64,000 nt of DNA from an uncultured Clostridium sp. (lineage in GTDB: Bacteria > Bacillota > Clostridia > TANB77 > CAG-465): NCBI GenBank assembly GCA_948470565.1, contig CAOKPF010000004.1, positions 220 through 64,219 of the forward strand. The letters run 5' to 3'. The notes beneath the pieces were generated by a model. That model was not told the origin of the DNA, did not search any database, and saw nothing but the letters and a program-made list of their open reading frames with translations. This document shows, in pieces, positions 1 to 8,397 of this stretch. The stretch's first letter is position 1; each line of letters begins with the position of its first letter. The translations under genes and the position numbers were made by a program.

Positions 1-1701
1 GTATTTGTAAGTGGAGGATATGCAATAGATAATACACCACCAAGTACACCAACAATAGCAATAGCACCAACAGGATATACAAATGGAAATGTAACAGCGA
101 CAATAACATATCCAAGTGATGCAAATAAGAAAGAATATAGCTTAGATGGAAGTACATGGAATCCATATACAGCAGCAATAACAGTAAGTACAAAGAAAAG
201 AGTATATGCAAGAGCAACAGATATAGCAGGAAACGTATCAACGGCAGCACAAAAAGATGTAGAAAAAATAGATAAATTAGCACCAAGTAATGCGAATGTG
301 ACTTTAGTAGGAACAGTAAATATAACAAGTGGAACAAGTACAACAATATCAGCAACAGTAACACATAATGACGCAGAAGCAGCAAGTGGTTCATGTAAAA
401 GTGGAGTAAATATATCAAGTTGTAAGTATGTATGGAATAATTCAACTAATGCAATTGGAACAAACGCAAGTAGCTATACAGGAGGAACATTTAGTAGTAA
501 TGGTCAAAGTGTATCAAAAACAGGTGCAACTAAAGGAACATGGGTATTACATGTATTAACAGTAGATAATGCAGGAAATGCAAAAGAAACAATAGCAACA
601 CCAATAACAGTAGTACAAAAGGTGACAGCAATATCAGTAAGTGGAAGTTCAACAGTAATAGAAGGAGAAACAATAACGTTAAGCGCATCAGTAACACCAA
701 GCAGTGCAAACAATATAGGAGTGACATGGAGTAGTAGTAATACAAGTATAGCAACAGTAAGCAGTTCAGGTGTAGTAACAGGTAAAGCAGCAGGAACAGT
801 AACAATAACAGCAACAGCAGCTGATGGTAGTGGAGTAAAGGGAACAAAATCAATTACGGTAGAAAATAATTTATTTACAATAACAAGCGTGTCTATGTCA
901 GGTTCAAATCTATTAGTTAGTTATAAAGGTGGAAGTAAGTATATAGGTAAATATATAAAAATTACAAATGGTTCTTATAATTATGTTACAACAGGAGCTG
1001 GATATTGTAGTTCTGCTGGAAGTGATTTTTGTTCAGATACAGAATATAATACTAATCGTTGGAGAGTATATAACTATACATATAAACCAGGAACTGCAGT
1101 AGCAATAAGTAGTGCAAGTGGAACATTAACAATACCATTATCAAAATCTACTGTAACAGGAAATGTAACAAATTTCGCTGATTATGTATATGATAAAGCT
1201 TGGTCTAGTTATTCATTTAGCTTAGGAGTATCATCAACAAGTACAGGTACAGCAGAAGAAACATTTGTAGTAGCTCCAACAGATAGTACTTTTACAGTAA
1301 CAAGCGCTTCAATATCAGGTTCTAATTTAGTAGTAAAATATAGTTGTAATAGTTCATATGTAGGAAAATATATAAAAATTATAAGTGGTTCTTATAATTA
1401 CGTTACAACAGGAGCTGGATATTGTAGTTCTGCTGGAAGTGATTTTTGTTCAGATACAGAATATAATACTAATCGTTGGAGAGTATATAACTATACATAT
1501 AAACCAGGAACTGCAGTAGCAATAAGTAGTGCAAGTGGAACATTAACAATACCATTATCAAAATCTACTGTAACAGGAAATGTAACAAATTTCGCTGATT
1601 ATGTATATGATAAAGCTTGGTCTAGTTATTCATTTAGCTTAGGAGTATCATCAACAAGTACAGGAACAGCAGATAAAATGATAACAGTTTGTCCTCAATA
1701 G
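1..1701 (+). CDS. Surface protein, 5' end outside window; Ig-like (Big_2-type) repeat region plus duplicated C-terminal module
   Basis: Frame 1 is open from base 1 (VFVSGGYAIDNTPPSTPTIAIAPTGY...), so the ORF-track start at 298 is internal. T/S/A/G/N-rich beta-repeat composition with a recurring D-x-AGN motif (TDIAGNVS, VDNAGNAKE). Big_2-like segment VTAISVSGSSTVIEGETITLSASVTPSSANNIGVTWSSSNTSIATV..GKAAGTVTITATAADGSG. Stop at 1699-1701 is followed by a hairpin terminator. Confidence 0.7.
   Translation, partial: VFVSGGYAIDNTPPSTPTIAIAPTGYTNGNVTATITYPSDANKKEYSLDGSTWNPYTAAITVSTKKRVYARATDIAGNVSTAAQKDVEKIDKLAPSNANVTLVGTVNITSGTSTTISATVTHNDAEAASGSCKSGVNISSCKYVWNNSTNAIGTNASSYTGGTFSSNGQSVSKTGATKGTWVLHVLTVDNAGNAKETIATPITVVQKVTAISVSGSSTVIEGETITLSASVTPSSANNIGVTWSSSNTSIATVSSSGVVTGKAAGTVTITATAADGSGVKGTKSITVENNLFTITSVSMSGSNLLVSYKGGSKYIGKYIKITNGSYNYVTTGAGYCSSAGSDFCSDTEYNTNRWRVYNYTYKPGTAVAISSASGTLTIPLSKSTVTGNVTNFADYVYDKAWSSYSFSLGVSSTSTGTAEETFVVAPTDSTFTVTSASISGSNLVVKYSCNSSYVGKYIKIISGSYNYVTTGAGYCSSAGSDFCSDTEYNTNRWRVYNYTYKPGTAVAISSASGTLTIPLSKSTVTGNVTNFADYVYDKAWSSYSFSLGVSSTSTGTADKMITVCPQ
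874..1698 (+). repeat. In-frame tandem duplication of a 417-bp (139-aa) module inside the surface-protein CDS
   Basis: Unit 1 starts at TTT 874 (FTITSVSMSGSN...) and unit 2 at TTT 1291 (FTVTSASISGSN...). The core from about 970-1250 matches about 1387-1667 with only a couple of mismatches by eye. The first ~90 bp of each unit are clearly diverged. Confidence 0.9.
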
Positions 1702-1711
1702 TATAATAAAC

Positions 1712-1741
1712 AAAAAGATAGTATTTAACTATCTTTTTGTT
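1712..1741 (+). terminator. Rho-independent terminator
   Basis: AAAAAGATAGT-attta-ACTATCTTTTT hairpin followed by T-rich tail, 11 nt after the stop codon. Confidence 0.8.
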
Positions 1742-1775
1742 AAATTATTTACGAATGTAGTAAAAAGGAGAGTAA

Positions 1776-3266
1776 ATGAAAAAAGTAAGAATAAGCAGGG
1801 AATTGTTATTCAATATATTTGTATTAATAATATTCGTTATTTTTACAGGTTATGTAGCATTACACCATGAAATATGGAGTGATGAGGCACAATCATGGTT
1901 AATTTCTAGAGATTTATCAATAGTTGAGATATTTAAAGAAATGAAATATGAAGGACACTCAATGTTATGGAATTTAATATTAATTCCATTTATAAAATTA
2001 GGGTTTCCATATGAATATTTTAATCTAATAAGTTGCGCAATAGTAGGTATATCAGTATATATAATTTTGTTTAAAATACAAATTAGCAAAATAATAAAAC
2101 TATTAATAATATTTAGTGAACCATACATATATTTTTATACAGTAATTTCTAGATGTTATTGTTTAATACCATTATTAGTGAGTATATTAATAATGTTAGA
2201 AAAAAATAAAGAGAAAAATATATATTTACATGCATTTATACTAGCACTTCTTTCAAATGTACATGCTATAATAATACCATTTGTAATAGCAGTAGTATTA
2301 GAAGATTATGTATCTTATATAAAAAAGTATAAAAAAGAGAATAATAAGGAATTATTAAGAAAGTATGTAGTATCACTTGGAATAGTTATAATTGGGATAG
2401 TAATATTTATTATACAAGTAATTGATTTAAAATCTTCGATAGTAGTAGAAGAAATAAGTAATAAAAAAAGTATAAATACAGTTGTATACAGTATATTAGA
2501 TACATGCAGAAATATATGTTTTTATTACATACCATATCAACTAGCAACTATACTTTTTATAATTTTATTTATTTTAATGATTATAGTATCAATATACTAC
2601 AAAAAACAATCAATAATATTTTATATTTCTTTGGTAGGTATAATAATAGCAAACTATATTGTTGTATTTTGTAGCAAAGTGCAAAGATCACAGGCGATAA
2701 TAATAGTACTATTTTATATTACAGTTAAAATATATAAAAACAAAAAAGAAAAAATACCTAAATATGTAAATAAAATAGCAGTAGGAATATATATAGTAAT
2801 ATGTGTAAGTTCAACAATAGATGCTATACCATCTATAAAAAATGAGATAACAGAAAGTTATTCTTGTTCAAAAGAGACAATGGAATATATAAATAATAAT
2901 TATGGAGATGGATATAATATATGTTGTTTTACAAATTATTTAATATCTACATCATTAGTTCCATATTCAAAACATGAATATACATTTTTTGACTTGGTAA
3001 ATAATAGGCAATTTACATATTATCACTGGGATAAGGGGGCACAAGATTATGCAGACATACGTATGCACGAAATAGTTGAAAGAATAGAGGCACAATTAAA
3101 AAATACAAATAAAATATTGTTAGTAGTATCAAGTGATATGGATTATTTATGTAATTTTATAAAAGTAGAATTTAACATTATTTTAAAATATACTTCTGGA
3201 AAAGTATTTCAATCTAAAAATAATCTTGAAGAGGAATTCTTAGTTTACGAATTATATGAATATTGA
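1776..3266 (+). CDS. Multi-pass membrane protein, possible GT-C-type (ArnT/PMT-like) glycosyltransferase
   Basis: SD AAAAGGAGAG upstream of the ATG. Many long hydrophobic segments. The first-loop motif HHEIWSDEAQSW resembles the acidic loop motif of GT-C enzymes. The last ~130 aa are soluble. Family assignment is tentative. Confidence 0.4.
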   Translation: MKKVRISRELLFNIFVLIIFVIFTGYVALHHEIWSDEAQSWLISRDLSIVEIFKEMKYEGHSMLWNLILIPFIKLGFPYEYFNLISCAIVGISVYIILFKIQISKIIKLLIIFSEPYIYFYTVISRCYCLIPLLVSILIMLEKNKEKNIYLHAFILALLSNVHAIIIPFVIAVVLEDYVSYIKKYKKENNKELLRKYVVSLGIVIIGIVIFIIQVIDLKSSIVVEEISNKKSINTVVYSILDTCRNICFYYIPYQLATILFIILFILMIIVSIYYKKQSIIFYISLVGIIIANYIVVFCSKVQRSQAIIIVLFYITVKIYKNKKEKIPKYVNKIAVGIYIVICVSSTIDAIPSIKNEITESYSCSKETMEYINNNYGDGYNICCFTNYLISTSLVPYSKHEYTFFDLVNNRQFTYYHWDKGAQDYADIRMHEIVERIEAQLKNTNKILLVVSSDMDYLCNFIKVEFNIILKYTSGKVFQSKNNLEEEFLVYELYEY

Positions 3267-3372
3267 TTATATTTTTTGTAAATTATATAAAATATTTATT
3301 ATTGTTTAAATTAAAAAATGTTGCACTTTTAATGTTTTTGTATGTAAATATAAATATTTAAATGTAATATAT

Positions 3373-3433
3373 TGAAATGTGTAAAATAAAAAAAGTGAAA
3401 AATGTTAAATATAATTATTGAAAAGTGTTAAAT
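3373..3433 (+). promoter_or_regulatory. Three 15-bp direct repeats at 23-bp spacing upstream of the DUF4143 ATPase gene
   Basis: TGAAATGTGTAAAAT (3373), TGAAAAATGTTAAAT (3396), TGAAAAGTGTTAAAT (3419). The last copy ends 33 nt before ATG 3466. Confidence 0.45.
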
Positions 3434-3465
3434 TATATGGTAAAATAATATTTAGGAGGAATTTT

Positions 3466-4743
3466 ATGAGTTTAGTGCAAAAAGATTATCGTAGAAGATT
3501 GATAGATGATAAGATTGAGAAATATTTAAAAGTGTTTGGTGCAATTTCAATTGAAGGACCAAAGTGGTGTGGTAAGACCTGGACTTCCTTAAATCATTCA
3601 GAGAGTGTAACTTATTTAACAGAAAGAGGACCTAGAAATTTGGCTAAAGTAGATCCTAAATATATTTTTAATGATAAAAGACCACAACTATTAGATGAAT
3701 GGCAACTTGTACCAAGTATATGGGATTCAGTAAGGCATGAATGCGATAGTTCTAAGAATACAGGAAATTTTATATTAACTGGTTCTACATCTTTGAATAA
3801 AAGTGAAAGAGAAGAGGTTGTATTCCATTCTGGTACAGGAAGAATTGCTACAATGAGAATGCATACAATGAGCTTGTATGAATCTGGAGATTCTACTGGA
3901 GACGTTTCAATTTTAGATATGTTATCAGGAAATGTAAAAGGAAAATATATTAGAAAAGTTGAATTAAATGAACTTGCAAAGTTAATTATAAGAGGAGGAT
4001 GGCCAGCAAATATAGAAATTGATGATATAGATATTATACCTAAAAGCTATATTGAATCGATTGTAACTAAAGATATTCATGAAAGAAAAGATAGAAAAAG
4101 AGATACTAATAAAATGAGAATGTTAATACGTTCATTAGCTAGGAACGAATCTACAATAGCAGGAAATGATACAATAGTAAAAGATATTAAAGAATATGAA
4201 AATGGTGCAGGGTTAATTGAAAGTAGGCAAACAGTAGCAGATTATATAGGCGTATTAGATAGTCTGTACTTAACATGTGTTCAAGAAGCATTTAGTATAA
4301 ATTATAGATCTTCTAGTAGAATAGGAAAATCCCCAAAAAGACATTTAGTAGATCCTTCTTTAGCTTGTGCAAGTTTAGATTTAAGCATAGAAAAGCTTTT
4401 AAATGATCATGAAACATTTGGGTTAATGTTTGAGGCGTTAGTAGAAAGAGATTTAAGAATATATATGGATTATTTAGATGGACATTTGTATCATTTTAGA
4501 GATAATATTTCAGGAGATGAGGTTGATAGTATTCTGGAATTTGCCAATGGAGATTATGGAGCAATAGAAATAAAGTTAAGTGATGGCAGTATAGATGATG
4601 CCAAAAAGAGTTTAAAAACTTTTTATAACAATGTAAAAAGAAAGCCTAAATTTATGTGTATTATTGTTGGTCATTATGAAGCTGTAATACAAGATCCAGA
4701 AACAGGAATATATATAATTCCAATTACATCATTAAAACCATGA
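3466..4743 (+). CDS. AAA-type ATPase of the AAA_14/DUF4143 family
   Basis: SD AGGAGG lies 7 nt before ATG 3466, whereas the ORF-track start at 3418 lies inside the upstream repeat array. P-loop-like GPKWCGKTW. C-terminal block LYHFRDNISGDEVDSILE...AIEIK is typical of DUF4143 proteins. Paralogue of the broken gene at 21709-22918. Confidence 0.7.
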   Translation: MSLVQKDYRRRLIDDKIEKYLKVFGAISIEGPKWCGKTWTSLNHSESVTYLTERGPRNLAKVDPKYIFNDKRPQLLDEWQLVPSIWDSVRHECDSSKNTGNFILTGSTSLNKSEREEVVFHSGTGRIATMRMHTMSLYESGDSTGDVSILDMLSGNVKGKYIRKVELNELAKLIIRGGWPANIEIDDIDIIPKSYIESIVTKDIHERKDRKRDTNKMRMLIRSLARNESTIAGNDTIVKDIKEYENGAGLIESRQTVADYIGVLDSLYLTCVQEAFSINYRSSSRIGKSPKRHLVDPSLACASLDLSIEKLLNDHETFGLMFEALVERDLRIYMDYLDGHLYHFRDNISGDEVDSILEFANGDYGAIEIKLSDGSIDDAKKSLKTFYNNVKRKPKFMCIIVGHYEAVIQDPETGIYIIPITSLKP

Positions 4744-4784
4744 TTTATATTTTATATAATTAAATACAAAAAAAGTATAATATA

Positions 4785-4820
4785 ATACCAATAGCTAAGA
4801 ATCAATAACTATTGGTATTT
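4785..4820 (+). terminator. Rho-independent terminator
   Basis: TACCAATAG...CTATTGGTA hairpin followed by TTTGTTT. Confidence 0.6.
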
Positions 4821-4915
4821 GTTTATATTAATAATTTTTAGCAAAGTTTTTATTTTAAAAATATGTTAATAGAAATATTTAGATTATTAATTCAAGGAAT
4901 TTTAATTACCAGAAT

Positions 4916-4944
4916 TTGACTAAAACCTAAAAGTATGATAAAAT
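4916..4944 (+). promoter_or_regulatory. Sigma-A-type promoter for the ABC exporter gene
   Basis: TTGACT, a 17-nt spacer, then TAAAAT, with TG one base upstream of the -10 (extended -10). Lies 23 nt upstream of the start codon region. Confidence 0.55.
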
Positions 4945-4966
4945 AAGCCTAAATGAAGGAGGAATT

Positions 4967-7264
4967 ATGCTTAAATTAAAAAATATTAAAAAAAGTTATA
5001 AGACAGGAACTTTTGTACAAAATGCATTAAAAGGTATCAATTTATGTTTTAGAGAAAATGAATTTGTAGCAATACTAGGACCTAGTGGAAGTGGAAAAAC
5101 TACACTTTTAAATATTATAGGTGGGTTAGATAGGTATGATTCTGGTGATTTAATTATAAATGATAAATCGACAAAAGAATTTAAAAATAAAGATTGGGAC
5201 GCATATAGAAATAATTGTATAGGGTTTATATTTCAAAGCTATAATTTAATAAGTCATATTACAGTGCTAGAAAATGTTGAAATGGGTATGACACTTAGTG
5301 GAATTAAGTCAAAAGAAAGAAAAAACAAAGCTTTAGAATTACTTGATAAAGTTGGTTTAAAAGAACATGCACATAAAAAACCAAATCAATTATCAGGAGG
5401 GCAGATGCAAAGAGTTGCAATAGCAAGAGCTCTTGCAAACGATCCTGAAATAATTTTAGCAGATGAACCAACTGGAGCACTTGATTCAAAAACAAGTGTA
5501 CAAATTATGAATTTGATTAAGGAAATTGCTAAAGACAAACTAGTGATAATGGTTACACATAATCCAGAACTTGCCAAAGAATATGCAAGTAGAGTAGTAC
5601 AGTTTAAAGATGGAGAATTAATTGATGATTCAAATCCTATAAGAGATACTGAAAGTGATGAAAAGAAAGTTATAATTAAGAAGACAAAAATGAACTTTTT
5701 TACAGCTTTAAAACTTTCATTCAATAACATAAAAACAAAAATCGGAAGGACTTTTTTAACAGCATTTGCATCTTCCATAGGTATTATTGGAATAGCCTTA
5801 ATATTATCACTTTCCAATGGATTTCAAATTCAAATAGATAAGTTTCAAAAAGATACTTTATCGCAGATGCCAATAGCTATTATGCCAGAAGTATCAGTGC
5901 TTGATGAACAGGAGATTGATAAGGATATTCCTAAAATAGAAAATTCATATAGTGATGAAAAAAATGTTTATCCACTAATTTCTTTTGGTAATTTAACACA
6001 TAAAAATAATATTAATATGGATTATGTTGAATATATAGAAAAAGTTAATCCAGAATTAATAGGTGGATTAAGTTATGTTAGAAGTACAGCTTTAAATATA
6101 TTATATAAAAATAAAGATAATGAAATTGCAAAGGTTGATTCGTCAGTACTATTTCCTTTACCAGAAAGTATAGATGGTAGAGAAGATGCAGTTATGGTAG
6201 ATAATTTTGATGTAATTTATGGAAGTATGAGTAAAGAATATAATGAGGCAGTACTTTTAATCGATAAAGATAATAGTCTTAATTTAGATACTTTAGAATC
6301 ATTAGGATATACGAAAAATGATAAAGTTCCATTTGATCAATTTTTAAATAAGGAATTAAAAATTGTATTAAATGATGATTACTATACAGGTTTTGGAAAC
6401 CTATTTATACCTAAAACTGATTTAGAAAGTGCATATAATTCAGAAAATACTATTACTTTAAAAATAACTGGTATAGTAAGAGGAAAAGAAGGCAATAAAT
6501 TTGGTGAATTTAGTGGAACAGGTATATGTTATAAAGAAGCACTTATGGATGAAATAATGGAAAAAAATGAAAAATCAGCTATCGTAAATGCACAAAAACA
6601 AGCAAACTATAATGTACTTACTGGTGAAACTATTGATGGAACTGAAAAGGAAGTTAAGCAAAAACAAAATAATATACTTGGATATTTAGGCGCAAAGTCT
6701 GCTCCATCATATATTCAAATTTATCCAAAAGACTTTAATTCAAAAGATGAATTAGTAGAATATTTGGATAAATATAATGAGAATTTGTCTGAAGAAGATA
6801 AGATAATTTATACAGATTATGCAGAGACAATATCTACTTTATCTGGTGGAATAATGTCTGGTATAACAATTGTGCTTATTGCTTTTTCTGCTATTTCACT
6901 TATTGTATCATCTATTATGATTGGTATAATAATATATATAAGTGTACTTGAAAGAACAAGAGAAATAGGAATATTAAAGGCATTAGGTGCTAGAAATAGA
7001 GATATAACAAGAGTATTTAACGCAGAAACATTTATAATTGGTATGTCTTCTGGTTTACTTGGTATAATAATTGCAGAACTTTTATGCATACCAGCAAACA
7101 TTATATTAGAAAAGTTAACTGAACTAAAAAATGTAGCAATGTTAAATCCAGTTCATGCAATAATTTTAGTATGTATTTCAGTAATACTTACTCTTATCGG
7201 TGGGTTTATACCAGCAAAAATTGCTAGCAAGAAAGATCCAGTAGATGCACTTAGAACTGAATAA
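4967..7264 (+). CDS. Fused ABC transporter ATP-binding protein/FtsX-family permease (MacB-like)
   Basis: Walker A GPSGSGKTT, signature LSGGQMQR, Walker B IILADEPT. A TM helix is followed by a large extracytoplasmic domain, then a C-terminal FtsX-type 3-TM bundle (ERTREIGILKALGA motif). Confidence 0.9.
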   Translation: MLKLKNIKKSYKTGTFVQNALKGINLCFRENEFVAILGPSGSGKTTLLNIIGGLDRYDSGDLIINDKSTKEFKNKDWDAYRNNCIGFIFQSYNLISHITVLENVEMGMTLSGIKSKERKNKALELLDKVGLKEHAHKKPNQLSGGQMQRVAIARALANDPEIILADEPTGALDSKTSVQIMNLIKEIAKDKLVIMVTHNPELAKEYASRVVQFKDGELIDDSNPIRDTESDEKKVIIKKTKMNFFTALKLSFNNIKTKIGRTFLTAFASSIGIIGIALILSLSNGFQIQIDKFQKDTLSQMPIAIMPEVSVLDEQEIDKDIPKIENSYSDEKNVYPLISFGNLTHKNNINMDYVEYIEKVNPELIGGLSYVRSTALNILYKNKDNEIAKVDSSVLFPLPESIDGREDAVMVDNFDVIYGSMSKEYNEAVLLIDKDNSLNLDTLESLGYTKNDKVPFDQFLNKELKIVLNDDYYTGFGNLFIPKTDLESAYNSENTITLKITGIVRGKEGNKFGEFSGTGICYKEALMDEIMEKNEKSAIVNAQKQANYNVLTGETIDGTEKEVKQKQNNILGYLGAKSAPSYIQIYPKDFNSKDELVEYLDKYNENLSEEDKIIYTDYAETISTLSGGIMSGITIVLIAFSAISLIVSSIMIGIIIYISVLERTREIGILKALGARNRDITRVFNAETFIIGMSSGLLGIIIAELLCIPANIILEKLTELKNVAMLNPVHAIILVCISVILTLIGGFIPAKIASKKDPVDALRTE

Positions 7265-7269
7265 AAATA

Positions 7270-7305
7270 ATAAGAGAACTTACATGATTTGTATAGTTCT
7301 CTTAT
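7270..7305. terminator. Bidirectional hairpin terminator between convergent genes
   Basis: ATAAGAGAACT...AGTTCTCTTAT, 11-bp stem, flanked by A-rich and T-rich tracts. Confidence 0.7.
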
Positions 7306-7322
7306 CTTATTTGGTATTAGTT

Positions 7323-7844
7323 TTATTTGTTTTCAAATAAAAAAAGTTCATATATAATTATACATATACACATAACAACAGCTGATATAGGATAAGAAAT
7401 TATAACAATTATTAGTGTAATATCAAGTAATTCAAATAATATATGAATAATTTTATTTTTCCTTAGTCTTTTTATAACAATTTCTTTATCCTTGCTGTTT
7501 AATTTAGTAGCACATACAGTGATTAAAATATTCCCTTTTTTAATGGTCATATTTAGGTTTTCAACTTTTTTATTATTTGATTTCTTATATGAATTAATAA
7601 TATAATTATCATATAAAAAGAAATTTCTGTTTTCTATTATATCTTTTGCCTCTAATTCAAGTTCTTGATATTCTTTTTCAGGATAATAAAGTAATTTTGA
7701 AAAATAATTATTTTTAGTAATTGTTATTAAAATTACAAATGTTATAATTAGTATAGTATGCTTAAGAAAAAAACGTTTACATTTTACTATATTATATAAT
7801 ACATAAAAACTTTTATTATACCGACTTTTAATATTTTTACTCAT
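7323..7844 (-). CDS. Hypothetical membrane protein
   Basis: 173-aa ORF with SD GAGAGGAA upstream. Hydrophobic helices sit near both ends. No recognisable motif. Confidence 0.5.
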   Translation of the reverse strand: MSKNIKSRYNKSFYVLYNIVKCKRFFLKHTILIITFVILITITKNNYFSKLLYYPEKEYQELELEAKDIIENRNFFLYDNYIINSYKKSNNKKVENLNMTIKKGNILITVCATKLNSKDKEIVIKRLRKNKIIHILFELLDITLIIVIISYPISAVVMCICIIIYELFLFENK

Positions 7845-7983
7845 AAATTAAATTCCTCTCTTTATTATAATAGTTTTAAATAATTATATTTAAAAATTAA
7901 TAATATTATTAATGGATTATAACATACAAATTAAATAAATTCAAGCTTGAACAATAAATTAGTTATCAAGTCTAATTATATAC

Positions 7984-8013
7984 TTGACAATATACCCATA
8001 TAGGGTATATAAT
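7984..8013 (+). promoter_or_regulatory. Promoter with embedded CsoR-type operator
   Basis: TTGACA (7984-7989), an 18-nt spacer, then TATAAT (8008-8013). The spacer is filled by the inverted repeat ATATACCC-atata-GGGTATAT (7990-8010), a GC-cored palindrome of the kind bound by CsoR-family repressors. Confidence 0.75.
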
Positions 8014-8069
8014 TATTTAGATTTAAAAATAATATAAATAAAAAGGAGGGGAGATAAAGCTGTATAAAT

Positions 8070-8378
8070 ATGAATTGTTGTAGGAATAATGATGACAAAA
8101 TTATTTTAAAAAGAACATATAGAACAAGAGATGAAAAACGATATTTTGAAAAAAGACTAAATATTATTGAGGGTCAAATAAGAGGAATTAAGCAGATGAT
8201 AAATGATGATAGATATTGTAATGATGTTTTAATACAAATTTCTGCTATAATTAATTCATTAAAAAGTTTAGAAAATAATATGCTAGAAAAGCATTTAAAA
8301 AAATGTGTTTGTGAAGGAATAAAAAATGGTAATGAAGATATAGTTGATGAAGTTTTAAATTTAGTTAAAAAGTTATAA
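8070..8378 (+). CDS. csoR: CsoR-family metal-sensing transcriptional repressor
   Basis: RLNIIEGQIRGIKQMINDDRYCNDVLIQISAIINSLKSL matches the CsoR/DUF156 helix pattern with the metal-ligand Cys. Sits directly upstream of copA. The start is somewhat far from the SD. Confidence 0.85.
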   Translation: MNCCRNNDDKIILKRTYRTRDEKRYFEKRLNIIEGQIRGIKQMINDDRYCNDVLIQISAIINSLKSLENNMLEKHLKKCVCEGIKNGNEDIVDEVLNLVKKL

Positions 8379-8397
8379 TATTTATGGGAGTAGGATT

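Noticed and set aside
504-853. Two minus-strand ORFs (69 and 107 aa, Leu-rich) inside the surface-protein gene
   Set aside because: They are antisense shadows of a low-complexity T/S/A-rich CDS, with no SD. The plus-strand frame is open across the whole region with coherent repeats.
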